Of a DNA stretch of 64,000 bases, positions 28,738 through 37,795 are shown piece by piece. Below the pieces are notes generated by a model. It searched no databases and was not told the DNA's origin. It was given only the letters and a program-made list of their open reading frames with translations. Numbering within the stretch: the first letter of the stretch is position 1; each line of letters begins with the position of its first letter. Source of the stretch: Bacteriovoracia bacterium (GTDB lineage Bacteria; Bdellovibrionota; Bacteriovoracia; Bacteriovoracales; Bacteriovoracaceae); NCBI GenBank assembly GCA_030431635.1, contig JAUIIL010000010.1, positions 19,093 to 83,092 of the forward strand. The letters run 5' to 3'. A program made the translations under genes and the position numbers.

Positions 28738-29706
28738 TTAGTTATGAGCAAGGTGATCTTGTCCTATAAAACTTTTTTGTGGCTTATACCAACAAAGTGG
28801 TCTCGCACCAAATTTTTGGTTATTAACTCTTGCACAAGCTCCTTGAGCTTCATCTTCATAACCTAAGTCAATTCTATCATCTGCTTCGCAAACAGAAGCT
28901 TGAAAATAAGTATCAAGACGACATTGTGGTTGTGGATGTCCTTCGTAAGTTTTCGATACAACTTTAGTATCTGGAGTCTGGAAAGAAAGAGGAACTTCTA
29001 ATTTTCTTAATGCCTTGAAAAGGTTAGCGAGAGAAAGACCTGCCATGGCAGCTCTTGCACAAAGCATGAAATCATCATTATTTTTAAAATTTTTCTCACA
29101 ACTCTGTTTTACATACTCAGGCACATCAAGCATGGCCACGATTTCTGCGTTATTGTCATTTTTGAAAGCTTTTCTCAAACACTTTGAAGCTGCGAAATAA
29201 TCAGACTGTCCTTCAGTTGAAGCCCAGCTATTTGCAGAGGAACCGCCTCCACCCCATCCACCAGATGAGCTTTGACTAGCACCATAAACTGGAGCTCCAC
29301 CAATATGATGACCAACTTCATGACAAACAACCATGGCAAATCCATCAGCTGTCACAGTTTCATGTCTTGCTAAACCACCATACATATTAACGATATAATC
29401 ATTACCTTGTCTCATGGCACTTGCGTTAACAGTTCCGTTGTCCCAAAGTCTTTTGACAATAAGATTTCCACCTTTTGATTTTACAATCGGTTCATAAACC
29501 TTAACGACTTCATCAATAACCTCGTTAAATTCTTCTTCGCTTAGACCAGCTGCGTTTTTACTTTTGTCATTAACATCAATCCAAAGATCGTTTTCTGGAA
29601 TGAATCCCTGACAAAGAAGGTCTTCTTTTTTGTGAGAGTGTGCGTTTGTTGATTGAATAGGTGTGGTGAGTATCCCAAAGACAAGCAATGTGCTCAAAAA
29701 TTTCAT
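28738..29706 (-). CDS. Secreted zinc metallopeptidase (HExxH), paralog 2 with Gly-rich insertion
   Basis: VVCHEVGHHIGG, STEGQSDY and CRLDTYFQASVC...CARVNNQKFGARPLCWYKP. Colinear with paralog 1, with an extra SQSSSGGWGGGGSSANS segment after the HExxH. Confidence 0.7.
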   Translation of the reverse strand: MKFLSTLLVFGILTTPIQSTNAHSHKKEDLLCQGFIPENDLWIDVNDKSKNAAGLSEEEFNEVIDEVVKVYEPIVKSKGGNLIVKRLWDNGTVNASAMRQGNDYIVNMYGGLARHETVTADGFAMVVCHEVGHHIGGAPVYGASQSSSGGWGGGGSSANSWASTEGQSDYFAASKCLRKAFKNDNNAEIVAMLDVPEYVKQSCEKNFKNNDDFMLCARAAMAGLSLANLFKALRKLEVPLSFQTPDTKVVSKTYEGHPQPQCRLDTYFQASVCEADDRIDLGYEDEAQGACARVNNQKFGARPLCWYKPQKSFIGQDHLAHN

Positions 29707-29928
29707 ATATCCTCCCTGAATATTCCTGATTACTTCAATTTCCTATATTAAATCAGTGCATTCATTCTGAAATTCTGGGGCCAGAGTGTCACCTTACATA
29801 ATCTTAACTTTTCTGAGTGTAAGAAGTTATTGGCGCGACCGAGTTTTTTGCTCGGGAATAAATGTAAGAGTTCTTTAGAAGAGTACTCAGTTTATTTCCT
29901 CTAAAATGAATAAAAAATAAGGTTTTCA

Positions 29929-31020
29929 ATGTTAAAAATCATAAGTGTTTTTTTTGTTTTGTTTCTCTTCAAGGTCAGAGCACAGGACTGCTCTGAAATT
30001 AATTTTTACGATAGGGAATCAAATCCGATTCATGAAATTAAACTCTATGATCAAAAAAGTTTAAACACTTGTTACGCTTATTCTATTTCTCAACTATGGG
30101 AGTTTCAAAATAGAAGTTCGGGTATGAATGAAAGTGTGAGCCCATTGTGGGTGGCCTTAAATAGTAAAGAGAATAGAAAGCTTCACTACCAACCAAGACA
30201 TCTTGATTACAACTATATTCTTTGGACAATCAAAGATATAAAAAAAACAGGAGGATGTACTCAAGACTATGTCGATCAAAAACTTCATTTTTTAAAATCA
30301 ATCAATGAAAATATTGATGAAGTGGATTTGATTCTTTTTTTGCAAGAGATATGGCTTGAGTATGAACGCTTAATTTTTACTCATCCTTTCCAAAAGAGGG
30401 GAGTAAGTTTTTATAAGTCTTATGAGAAAATTTCTCAGCTTAAAAAATTTAAAGATAAATTTAAGGTTAGTATTGCGAAGGAAATAGAGAGAATGTCTTT
30501 TTATGGTTTTTTACAATTTCCTAAGTTTTTAAAAAATGAAATTCTTGGAGATTGTACTGGTGGGGCATTCTTAAAAGCTCCAGAGTTTGAACACCAGGTT
30601 TTCTTATCTAAGGCAGATGAAACGACAGCAAAGCTTTTTTCTCGTAAGTTATCATCTACTCAACCTTCACCTCTTGCGATTGGTTATTGCTCTCGTGTTT
30701 GGAACTCTGAGCCAGGGACAAGCTATCTTCCTCACCAGTTTTCTTTAGATATGATAAATAAAATAAATAATTGTGGTGCTCATTACTCTGTCGTTGTCGG
30801 TCAGAAAAAAATGAACGGACAGTGCCACTATCTTGTGAGAAATACCTGGGGAGACATGTGGGGGAGAATTTTTAGAAAATGCCACGTTGAGTTTAAAGGA
30901 AAAAGATTTGATACAGAAATGGGAATGATCCAAAATGATAAAAGAGTCAGAGTTCTTGGTTGTTGGATATCGAGAGAAGATCTTTTTAATAATATGTTTG
31001 ATTTAAGTTATTTAAAGTAA
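29929..31020 (+). CDS. Secreted papain-fold cysteine peptidase-like protein
   Basis: Signal peptide. The candidate triad is Cys in SLNTCYAYSISQLW, His in CGAHYSVVVGQ and Asn in YLVRNTWGDMWG, with order and context like family C1 (..C.A.S, H..V.VG, N.WG..WG). Confidence 0.55.
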   Translation: MLKIISVFFVLFLFKVRAQDCSEINFYDRESNPIHEIKLYDQKSLNTCYAYSISQLWEFQNRSSGMNESVSPLWVALNSKENRKLHYQPRHLDYNYILWTIKDIKKTGGCTQDYVDQKLHFLKSINENIDEVDLILFLQEIWLEYERLIFTHPFQKRGVSFYKSYEKISQLKKFKDKFKVSIAKEIERMSFYGFLQFPKFLKNEILGDCTGGAFLKAPEFEHQVFLSKADETTAKLFSRKLSSTQPSPLAIGYCSRVWNSEPGTSYLPHQFSLDMINKINNCGAHYSVVVGQKKMNGQCHYLVRNTWGDMWGRIFRKCHVEFKGKRFDTEMGMIQNDKRVRVLGCWISREDLFNNMFDLSYLK

Positions 31021-31331
31021 TGCTAAAGGTAAGTTTTTTTGTTCCCATTGATAAGGCAGAAGAAGTTAAAGAGGCCATGTTTCTTGCAGGAGGCGGTCGT
31101 ATTGGTCAATATGACTGCTGTTGTTTTGAAAGCTCAGGAATAGGTCAATTTCGTCCTTTAAAAGGAAGCAATCCTTATATTGGAAATCAAGATAAAATAG
31201 AAAAAGTTCAAGAGTTAAAGATTGAAATGGTTTGTGAAGACTCTCTTATTAAAGAAGTCGTTAAGGCCATGAAAGAGTCTCATCCTTACGAAACACCCGC
31301 CTATGATATAGTGAAGTTACTTGATTACTAA
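31020..31331 (+). CDS. Small PII-like protein homologous to the NIF3/YqfO insert domain (COG3323-type)
   Basis: 103 aa. VSFFVPIDKAEEVKEAMFLAGGGRIGQYDCCCFESSGIGQFRPLKGSNPYIG...HPYETPAYDIVKL matches my memory of this family. Its ATG overlaps the upstream TAA. Confidence 0.6.
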   Translation: MLKVSFFVPIDKAEEVKEAMFLAGGGRIGQYDCCCFESSGIGQFRPLKGSNPYIGNQDKIEKVQELKIEMVCEDSLIKEVVKAMKESHPYETPAYDIVKLLDY

Positions 31332-31343
31332 AAAAGGATTTTT

Positions 31344-32102
31344 TTGAAAAAATTAATAATAACTTTAACTTTTTTTTGTTTTTACTCAAAAACTGACTTT
31401 TTTAAAAAAGAAGAGCTTCACGCAGCAGTTGGAGTACAAGCAAGTTCACTTCTCTATAAAAGAGGAATAATAACTTATAATTCCTACCAAGTTGTACCCA
31501 TTTATGCTGTCCATCTATTTAATCCTGATTTACTGATAGCTGGTTCGGCACTTTATTATAAGTTTAACTTTCATAATAACTTTTTTCTTCGAAGTCGTCT
31601 CAATGTGGACTCAACTCTAGACAAGCCACTTTATTATACGAAAGAGGAAGAACAAGACAGAGTAAGAAGAGAAACGACGTCTGAGTTAGATCTTTATCTT
31701 GAATACCTATCTGAGAAAGGTTCTTACTTCAGGTTTCAACTCTCTCAAGATTTATCGGCCCATGAGGGACGCTATTATGAATTGAGAGGGAGAGTTCCGG
31801 TTGCTAATTTGTATGTCAATTCTAAAAATAGAGCTCTCATACAACCCGGAGTCTTTGCTGCGATTGGATATGGAGATTCAAAACACAATAAGTATTTATA
31901 TGGAACAATACCAAATCATTCGGGGCTTAATAACATAGAGTATGGAGTGACAATTACAAGTCCATCAGTGATTGATGTTTTTTGGCCGACATTAAAGTTC
32001 ACCAGATTTCAAATCTTAGGAGATGAAAATAAAAGAGGTTCTTTTGTGAAAGAAAGCGATGGATATCAAATTGAGGTATTAGCTGCTTTTAAAGTTTGGT
32101 AG
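31344..32102 (+). CDS. MipA/OmpV-like outer-membrane protein
   Basis: TTG start, about 250 aa, alternating beta-strand pattern, aromatic C-terminus (AAFKVW). The family call is from general resemblance only. Confidence 0.45.
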   Translation: MKKLIITLTFFCFYSKTDFFKKEELHAAVGVQASSLLYKRGIITYNSYQVVPIYAVHLFNPDLLIAGSALYYKFNFHNNFFLRSRLNVDSTLDKPLYYTKEEEQDRVRRETTSELDLYLEYLSEKGSYFRFQLSQDLSAHEGRYYELRGRVPVANLYVNSKNRALIQPGVFAAIGYGDSKHNKYLYGTIPNHSGLNNIEYGVTITSPSVIDVFWPTLKFTRFQILGDENKRGSFVKESDGYQIEVLAAFKVW

Positions 32103-32129
32103 TAAGCCACTTTTTATAATAACCCTTGG

Positions 32130-33044
32130 TTAAATTTTCTCAAAAGTTGCGTAAAAGGGATAAAAAGGGTTTCCCGTTTCGAAGTTTACTTCATTAATTA
32201 ATTTAAATCCCTTTGCTTCTATAATATCAATCCACACTTTTTTGGGCCTATAGTTATGAGGCATAGGAACCTCATCAGTATATTGAAAAACAGTATAAAA
32301 CATGTCATCCAAAAACTTATTTAATACGTACACACTACGCTCTGTAGCATCTGTTTCCCTTATCATGAATTTCCCTTTGGACCTTAAAATACGATGAACT
32401 TCAGAAAGAGTCTTCTCCAAATCTTCCACGTGATGTAGAACCATAAATGATGAGACTAGTTCAATACTTTGATCTTTAAGCGGAATCGTTTTTTCTGAGG
32501 AGTATTGAATCCATTTTATTCGATTATTGCGTTTTGAGTAATCAACAATATCTAGGGCGTAAACATTTTCAGGACCAATTTCCCATTCTTGCGCCAGGGC
32601 CGAAGGTATCTCTCCATCTCCTGCTCCTAAATCAAGATAGTGCGAAGGAGGATGAGAAATTAACTTCCTCACATGGCCAGTACGGTTCAAAATTCTTCCT
32701 TTATCATCTTGAACAACGAGACTCATATAATCTTTTCTTTTTGAAAAAATAAACTTTCTTAGTTTCTCTAAAATTTCATCATCAGTGCTATTTACTCTGG
32801 CGCTTAACTCTTCTAGTTTTTTAGAAACAAGAGCTGCTAAATTCTGATCTTCTTGAAAAATACCATTTTTAAAAAAACGAATGAGGGTTTCTCTAGTGTG
32901 TTCTATTTTCCACAAATAGTGGAGAGATGATGTTTGGAAATTCTCTATACAATTGTTCTGAGTATGAATTTTGGGAGCTTTAGAGTAGGTTGAAATGGAA
33001 AAAATAACCAACAGAAAAAAAAGAAACCTTGTCATATTTACCAC
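32130..33044 (-). CDS. Class I SAM-dependent methyltransferase with N-terminal signal/anchor
   Basis: Motif I is YLDLGAGDGEI, followed by LVSSFMVLHHV and LRSKGKFMIRE. The N-terminus MTRFLFFLLVIFSISTYS is hydrophobic. Confidence 0.7.
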   Translation of the reverse strand: MVNMTRFLFFLLVIFSISTYSKAPKIHTQNNCIENFQTSSLHYLWKIEHTRETLIRFFKNGIFQEDQNLAALVSKKLEELSARVNSTDDEILEKLRKFIFSKRKDYMSLVVQDDKGRILNRTGHVRKLISHPPSHYLDLGAGDGEIPSALAQEWEIGPENVYALDIVDYSKRNNRIKWIQYSSEKTIPLKDQSIELVSSFMVLHHVEDLEKTLSEVHRILRSKGKFMIRETDATERSVYVLNKFLDDMFYTVFQYTDEVPMPHNYRPKKVWIDIIEAKGFKLINEVNFETGNPFYPFYATFEKI

Positions 33045-33268
33045 AATTTAGCCTTAAAGATATTGAAATGGAGTTCTTTAACTAGAGTTATAGGAAGAAG
33101 GTTTTTGCATCAATGAAAAAAGGATTTTCTTGTAAAGATTACTAAGGATTGAACTTGAGAAATTGAGAAAATTTGGTAGCGAGTCCAGTGGATGTAAGTA
33201 AAAAATTCAGCAATTCTTTAAAGAAATCATACAAATCAAAACCATGAGGGTATTACATTTATTTAAGT

Positions 33269-34270
33269 ATGAAAAACGTTATTTGGAACCTTTTTATTTT
33301 GTTTATAAGCGGAGCTCAGGCAAGTGACTCTGAGAGCATTGGATTTAAACCTTATGCTTTTGCTGATGCCGTTATACATGAATTTGCTAACATTGAAACT
33401 CCTTTAAAGCTAGATGTAGGATTACCAAAGATGATAGGAAAGCGCCTAGGATTGAAGCTGCCTTGGACAGAAAGGGTAGACCTTGTATTTATAGGACCTA
33501 TCTTAAGACTTTTTTTAGCAGCTCCATTTCTGGATGAGCTTAGAGCTTTACCAAGAATTTCTTCTCTCACATACGAAACGATGACTCGTTCTCGAGTTTA
33601 CTTAGATGAGGTTCCAAACGAACATAAGCAAGGGCTAAAGTGGCTTTTTGAACATGAGGATGGTGAGGTTTTACCAGATATTTTTTTAAAAAAAATGGTA
33701 GAAATTGAAAACGGAGATGTTCTCAAAGGAATGCTATTAGGTTGGGATATTCTAACTGCAGGATGGAATGATATTTTCTTGCATGGAGAACCGAAAAGGA
33801 ATAAATATCCTTTTTTCAAAAAGTTCGCTACGATCCCACATGTTCAGGGAGATATGTTTGCTTCATATTACCATTTTTGGGGGGCAATGATCTATTCATA
33901 TATCTTGTCCAAGCAAAGCTTTAACATACCTTTAATTCCTGAAACTTTTATATCAGCTATAATTACGGTAGAAGAATTGGTACTAGGTTTACCCAAAAGG
34001 TTAAACGCTCCAACAAAGATTTTAATAAGAGCAGAGGTCGATATGATGGGAGTAATGGCAGGATCGGCTCTTGCCAAAAAACTAATAAAACTTCAAAAAA
34101 ATAGACCTGAGTTTATTAGTAAACCTAAACCTATATATATTACAAATAAAAAACTTGTATCAGAAAGAATTCATGAACAATACTTACAATTAACAAAATA
34201 TCATGGTGAGGAATTAAAAAAGCTCATTAAAAAATTTAAGAACAAGATTTGTAGTATTTATTTTTTTTAA
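33269..34270 (+). CDS. Hypothetical secreted protein
   Basis: Signal peptide MKNVIWNLFILFISGAQA. 333 aa, no motif recognised. Confidence 0.4.
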   Translation: MKNVIWNLFILFISGAQASDSESIGFKPYAFADAVIHEFANIETPLKLDVGLPKMIGKRLGLKLPWTERVDLVFIGPILRLFLAAPFLDELRALPRISSLTYETMTRSRVYLDEVPNEHKQGLKWLFEHEDGEVLPDIFLKKMVEIENGDVLKGMLLGWDILTAGWNDIFLHGEPKRNKYPFFKKFATIPHVQGDMFASYYHFWGAMIYSYILSKQSFNIPLIPETFISAIITVEELVLGLPKRLNAPTKILIRAEVDMMGVMAGSALAKKLIKLQKNRPEFISKPKPIYITNKKLVSERIHEQYLQLTKYHGEELKKLIKKFKNKICSIYFF

Positions 34271-34275
34271 AATAG

Positions 34276-34319
34276 TACTGAACTTGCAGGTTTAATAGGT
34301 TCAGTATCCTGAATTTTTT
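34276..34319 (+). terminator. Possible terminator hairpin
   Basis: TACTGAAC (34276-34283) pairs with GTTCAGTA (34299-34306) around a 15-nt loop. A T6 lies 7 nt downstream. The geometry is suboptimal. Confidence 0.3.
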
Positions 34320-34385
34320 AAATCTCTTTGCAGTGTCAAAAATTTAGACACTTTCGATGAAAAATGAGGAGGTCAATTTTTTTAC

Positions 34386-34412
34386 TCAAGAATTTCTCTT
34401 GAAACCCGATAA
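34386..34412 (+). promoter_or_regulatory. Sigma-28 (FliA)-like promoter candidate
   Basis: TCAAGAAT-N11-CCCGATAA compared with the consensus TAAAGTTT-N11-GCCGATAA. It lies about 30 nt upstream of ATG 34443. Confidence 0.35.
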
Positions 34413-34442
34413 GAGTACTAAGAAATGGGTTTAAGGAGAAAT

Positions 34443-34889
34443 ATGCGAAAAGGGTTTTTATTCCGCTACTTCGTATTGCTGATGGGAATGATTTTTTCAT
34501 TCTCTGTAGCAGCAGAAGAAGATGAGCAATTAAGAGTCAAAATGTATGAATCTCCTCGTCGGGATATCTCTGTGATTATTACTCCAGAGGGATATTATCC
34601 TGATAAAATTTCTGTTTTCACCGGAGAGAAGGTTCGTTTTTTTGTGACTTCAACTGTTGATACTCCTTCTTGTTTTTTAATTAAAGAGCATGAAGTTTAC
34701 CTTTCTGCTTTCAGAGGAAATCTAACTGAAGGTGAAGTGGAGTTTAAGCATTCTGGTAATTTTGATATTTACTGCCCTTCCATGAAACATAAAGGACATT
34801 TAACTGTTATCAAAAAATACGATCCATCTCGAGGAATTGCCTCGAAGTCAAAAGCTGTTATTAAAAAAGAGTGGACTCCAAGGGATTAG
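34443..34889 (+). CDS. Secreted cupredoxin-like domain protein
   Basis: I prefer ATG 34443 (SD AAGGAGA, signal peptide MRKGFLFRYFVLLMGMIFSFSVAA) over the track start at 34425. ISVIITPEGYYPDKISVFTGEKVRFFV...GNFDIYCPSMKHKGHLTV follows the cupredoxin_1 pattern. Confidence 0.5.
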   Translation: MRKGFLFRYFVLLMGMIFSFSVAAEEDEQLRVKMYESPRRDISVIITPEGYYPDKISVFTGEKVRFFVTSTVDTPSCFLIKEHEVYLSAFRGNLTEGEVEFKHSGNFDIYCPSMKHKGHLTVIKKYDPSRGIASKSKAVIKKEWTPRD

Positions 34890-34892
34890 AAA

Positions 34893-36029
34893 ATGAGTGG
34901 AGTATTTAAAGACGCTATTAATACCTTTCTGGCTCCTATCAAGCATTTGCTTGATGATCCTAGTGTTTCAGAAGTTATGATTAACGGTCCACATGAAATT
35001 TTTGTTGAAAAATCAGGTCTTGTCATGAAAGTTGATAGCCAGTTTTCTGATGAAGAAGCTCTTCAAGCGGCCATGAGATCAATTGCTCAGTCTGTGGGAA
35101 GAGTAATAGATGCGGAAAATCCTCAATTAGATGCGAGACTGCCAGATGGTTCAAGGATCGCGGTTGTTCTTCCACCAATGGCCAAAGCAGGGACTTCAGT
35201 TGCTATTAGAAAATTCTCTGAAGAAAAGTTAGGACTTAAAGATCTGATTGAGTTTGGATCTTTATCGGCCGATGGAGCCCGCTTCCTTGATTGTATGATG
35301 TATATTGGAAAAAATACTCTTGTCTCAGGTGGAACTGGGTCAGGGAAAACAACTCTACTGAATGTCTTGGGTTCAAGAATGCCAAAAACTCAACGATTAA
35401 TGGTTATTGAGGATTCTTCAGAACTGCAAATAAAGGCAGAGCATGTTGTTTATTTTGAATCTCGTCCAGAGAGTTTAGAAAGAGGAATTAAAGGAATCAC
35501 AATTAGAGATCTCATGCGCTCAGCTTTGAGAATGAGACCAGATAGAATTATTGTTGGAGAAGTCAGAGGCCCAGAAGCTCTGGATTTATTACAGGCCATG
35601 GGGACAGGGCATGATGGTTCTATGGGAACAGTTCACGCCAATACTCCTGATGATGCTTGTACTCGTTTAGAAACTCTTTGCTTGATGGGGGAGACAAAAA
35701 TCCCACCAGACGCTATTAGAAAAATGGTAGGAAGTGCTCTTCATATGATTGTTCAATGTAATCGCTACCCTGACGGAGGAAGAAGAGTTTCCCATATTTC
35801 AGAAGTTTTGGGAGTTGATGCTAATGGTCGTTATGTGACAAAAGATATCTTCAGATGGGTTCAAAGAGGTAAAGACCCTCATACCAATAAGTTTATCGGT
35901 GAAATGGTTCCAACTGGGTATATTCCTAGCTTTTTTGAAGAAATAGTTGTCAATAAACTTCCTTTTCCTAAGTCCAAGTTTATGCCTCCTGAATGGGCAA
36001 TGCCTCTAGTAAGAAAAAAAGCAGCTTGA
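34893..36029 (+). CDS. CpaF/TadA-family type II/IV secretion ATPase
   Basis: [45 protein letters not shown], Walker [11 protein letters not shown], Walker [28 protein letters not shown], and His box [12 protein letters not shown]. Confidence 0.85.
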   Translation: MSGVFKDAINTFLAPIKHLLDDPSVSEVMINGPHEIFVEKSGLVMKVDSQFSDEEALQAAMRSIAQSVGRVIDAENPQLDARLPDGSRIAVVLPPMAKAGTSVAIRKFSEEKLGLKDLIEFGSLSADGARFLDCMMYIGKNTLVSGGTGSGKTTLLNVLGSRMPKTQRLMVIEDSSELQIKAEHVVYFESRPESLERGIKGITIRDLMRSALRMRPDRIIVGEVRGPEALDLLQAMGTGHDGSMGTVHANTPDDACTRLETLCLMGETKIPPDAIRKMVGSALHMIVQCNRYPDGGRRVSHISEVLGVDANGRYVTKDIFRWVQRGKDPHTNKFIGEMVPTGYIPSFFEEIVVNKLPFPKSKFMPPEWAMPLVRKKAA

Positions 36030-36097
36030 AGCAGCGTCACTTCTCAAACTTGATTAAGACAAATATGATCCCAGGGAATAAAAATCTGGGAGTATCA

Positions 36098-37384
36098 ATG
36101 TCAAAAATTAAATTCATTCAAGCAAGACAAATATTAGATTCAAGAGGAAATCCTACTGTTGAGGCCGATGTCATTACTGAAAAAGGCAATGTTGGAAGAG
36201 CGGCTGTTCCTTCAGGAGCTTCAACTGGTTCTCGCGAGGCCCTGGAGTTAAGAGATGGAGATAAGTCCTATTATCTTGGAAAATCGGTACGAAATGCAGT
36301 TCAAAATATTTCTGAAAAAATAGCACCTCACTTGATCGGGTTTGAAGTAAGTGAGCAGCAAAGTATTGATACTAAAATGCTTGAACTTGATGGAGATGAA
36401 TTTAAGAAAAACCTTGGGGCCAACGCTTTATTGGCCGTTTCTATGGCCAGTGCTAGAGCAGCAGCTCTTGATCACTCTCTTCCTCTTTATCGATACCTTT
36501 ATGATTTTTTAAAAATTCCTAACCCTGTCGGAAAATTACGTTTCCCTGCTCCATTAATGAATATTATTAATGGTGGGGCCCATGCTTCCAATAATTTAGA
36601 CATTCAGGAATTTATGATTGTTCCTCATATGAAGAAAAGCTTTAGTGAGAATTTACGAGCAGGTGTTGAAATCTTTCATGCTCTTAAGTCTGTACTAAGT
36701 TCTAAAAACTATTCAACAAATGTTGGAGATGAAGGAGGATTCGCTCCTTCTTTGAGTTCACATGATGAGGCGATGGATTGTATTTTAAGTGCCATTGAGA
36801 AAGCTGGATACAAACCAGGTGAGGAGATTTCTTTTAGTCTAGATGCTGCTTCTAGTGAGTTTTATAGCAAAGAACAAGATAAATATATTATTGAAGGGAA
36901 ATCGATTACTTCAAGTGAGATGATCGACTACTATGAAAAACTTATTAATAAGTATCCTGTTTACTCTATTGAAGATGGGTTAGATGAAAGTGATTACCAA
37001 GGTTGGATCAACCTAACGGCTAAAATTGGAGATCGTTGTACTTTGGTTGGAGATGATCTTTTTGTCACTAATGAGAAAATTCTAAAACGTGGAATCGAGC
37101 AAAAACAGGCCAACGCTATTTTAATTAAGGTTAACCAGATTGGAACTCTTACTGAAACTTTTAATACTTTGGATTTAGCTTATAAAAATAATTTTAAGGC
37201 CATTATTTCTCACCGCTCTGGTGAAACAGCTGACGCGTTTATTGCTGATCTGGCAGTGGCCTCTGGAGCTGGCCATATTAAGACAGGTTCAGCTAGCCGT
37301 TCTGATAGAATAGAGAAATATAATCAATTAATGAGAATCGAAGAGGAGCTTGGTGAAAGAGCTGTCTTTGAGCCCGTGAAATAA
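36098..37384 (+). CDS. eno: Enolase
   Basis: [25 protein letters not shown]...[16 protein letters not shown]...[12 protein letters not shown]...SHRSGETAD. The track start at 35993 adds a non-homologous extension, so ATG 36098 is preferred. Confidence 0.97.
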   Translation: MSKIKFIQARQILDSRGNPTVEADVITEKGNVGRAAVPSGASTGSREALELRDGDKSYYLGKSVRNAVQNISEKIAPHLIGFEVSEQQSIDTKMLELDGDEFKKNLGANALLAVSMASARAAALDHSLPLYRYLYDFLKIPNPVGKLRFPAPLMNIINGGAHASNNLDIQEFMIVPHMKKSFSENLRAGVEIFHALKSVLSSKNYSTNVGDEGGFAPSLSSHDEAMDCILSAIEKAGYKPGEEISFSLDAASSEFYSKEQDKYIIEGKSITSSEMIDYYEKLINKYPVYSIEDGLDESDYQGWINLTAKIGDRCTLVGDDLFVTNEKILKRGIEQKQANAILIKVNQIGTLTETFNTLDLAYKNNFKAIISHRSGETADAFIADLAVASGAGHIKTGSASRSDRIEKYNQLMRIEEELGERAVFEPVK

Positions 37385-37423
37385 AGATTTTTTAACGAAT
37401 AAGCTTGCTCTATTTACTGGTCA

Positions 37424-37735
37424 TCAGGGGCCTAAGGATCCAGGATTCTGGTTTAACCGGTAGACAAGAGCTCCTACTTCATCAGCTTGTTTTATTAAGA
37501 GAGTCTGATTAAGAATATCTAAAACAGCTTGAACTTCTCTTAAGCTGCCAAGAGCGATGGAGTAGAACCTCTTTCTATCTTTTGATGTTCTCTTTCCACT
37601 GCCCTCTGCGAGATTAAGACAAATACTAAGACTTGCTCTCTCGAGTTGATCTCTCATCGCTCCTTTGAGTTTAAGGTCTCTGCAGTTGTAGTAGAGCTCT
37701 TTTGCTTTTTGATAAGTTATAAAATTGTTTAACAT
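37424..37735 (-). CDS. Four-helix-bundle protein (23S rRNA intervening-sequence protein / Avd-like family)
   Basis: 103 aa. YQKAKELYYNCRDL...RDQLERASLSICLNLAEGSGKRTSKDRKRFYSIALGSLREVQAVLDI is the family signature as I recall it. Confidence 0.8.
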   Translation of the reverse strand: MLNNFITYQKAKELYYNCRDLKLKGAMRDQLERASLSICLNLAEGSGKRTSKDRKRFYSIALGSLREVQAVLDILNQTLLIKQADEVGALVYRLNQNPGSLGP

Positions 37736-37795
37736 TCTCTTCTCCTTTTTTAGGGTTGCACTATGGGCAGAACCCTAAAAAAGGAGAAGAGAATG
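37733..37795. repeat. Perfect 25-bp inverted repeat (13-nt spacer) spanning both start codons and SD sequences of the divergent four-helix-bundle genes
   Basis: The left arm 37733-37757 is CATTCTCTTCTCCTTTTTTAGGGTT. The right arm 37771-37795 is AACCCTAAAAAAGGAGAAGAGAATG, its exact reverse complement. Confidence 0.95.

Noticed and set aside
35993-36097. Longer N-terminal extensions proposed by the ORF track: eno at 35993, rimP at 4740 (TTG), four-helix gene at 37763, CoA-transferase at 60318, cupredoxin-like gene at 34425.
   Set aside because: Internal ATGs give canonical protein N-termini and/or better SD sequences. They also avoid translating through hairpins or long overlaps with neighbours.
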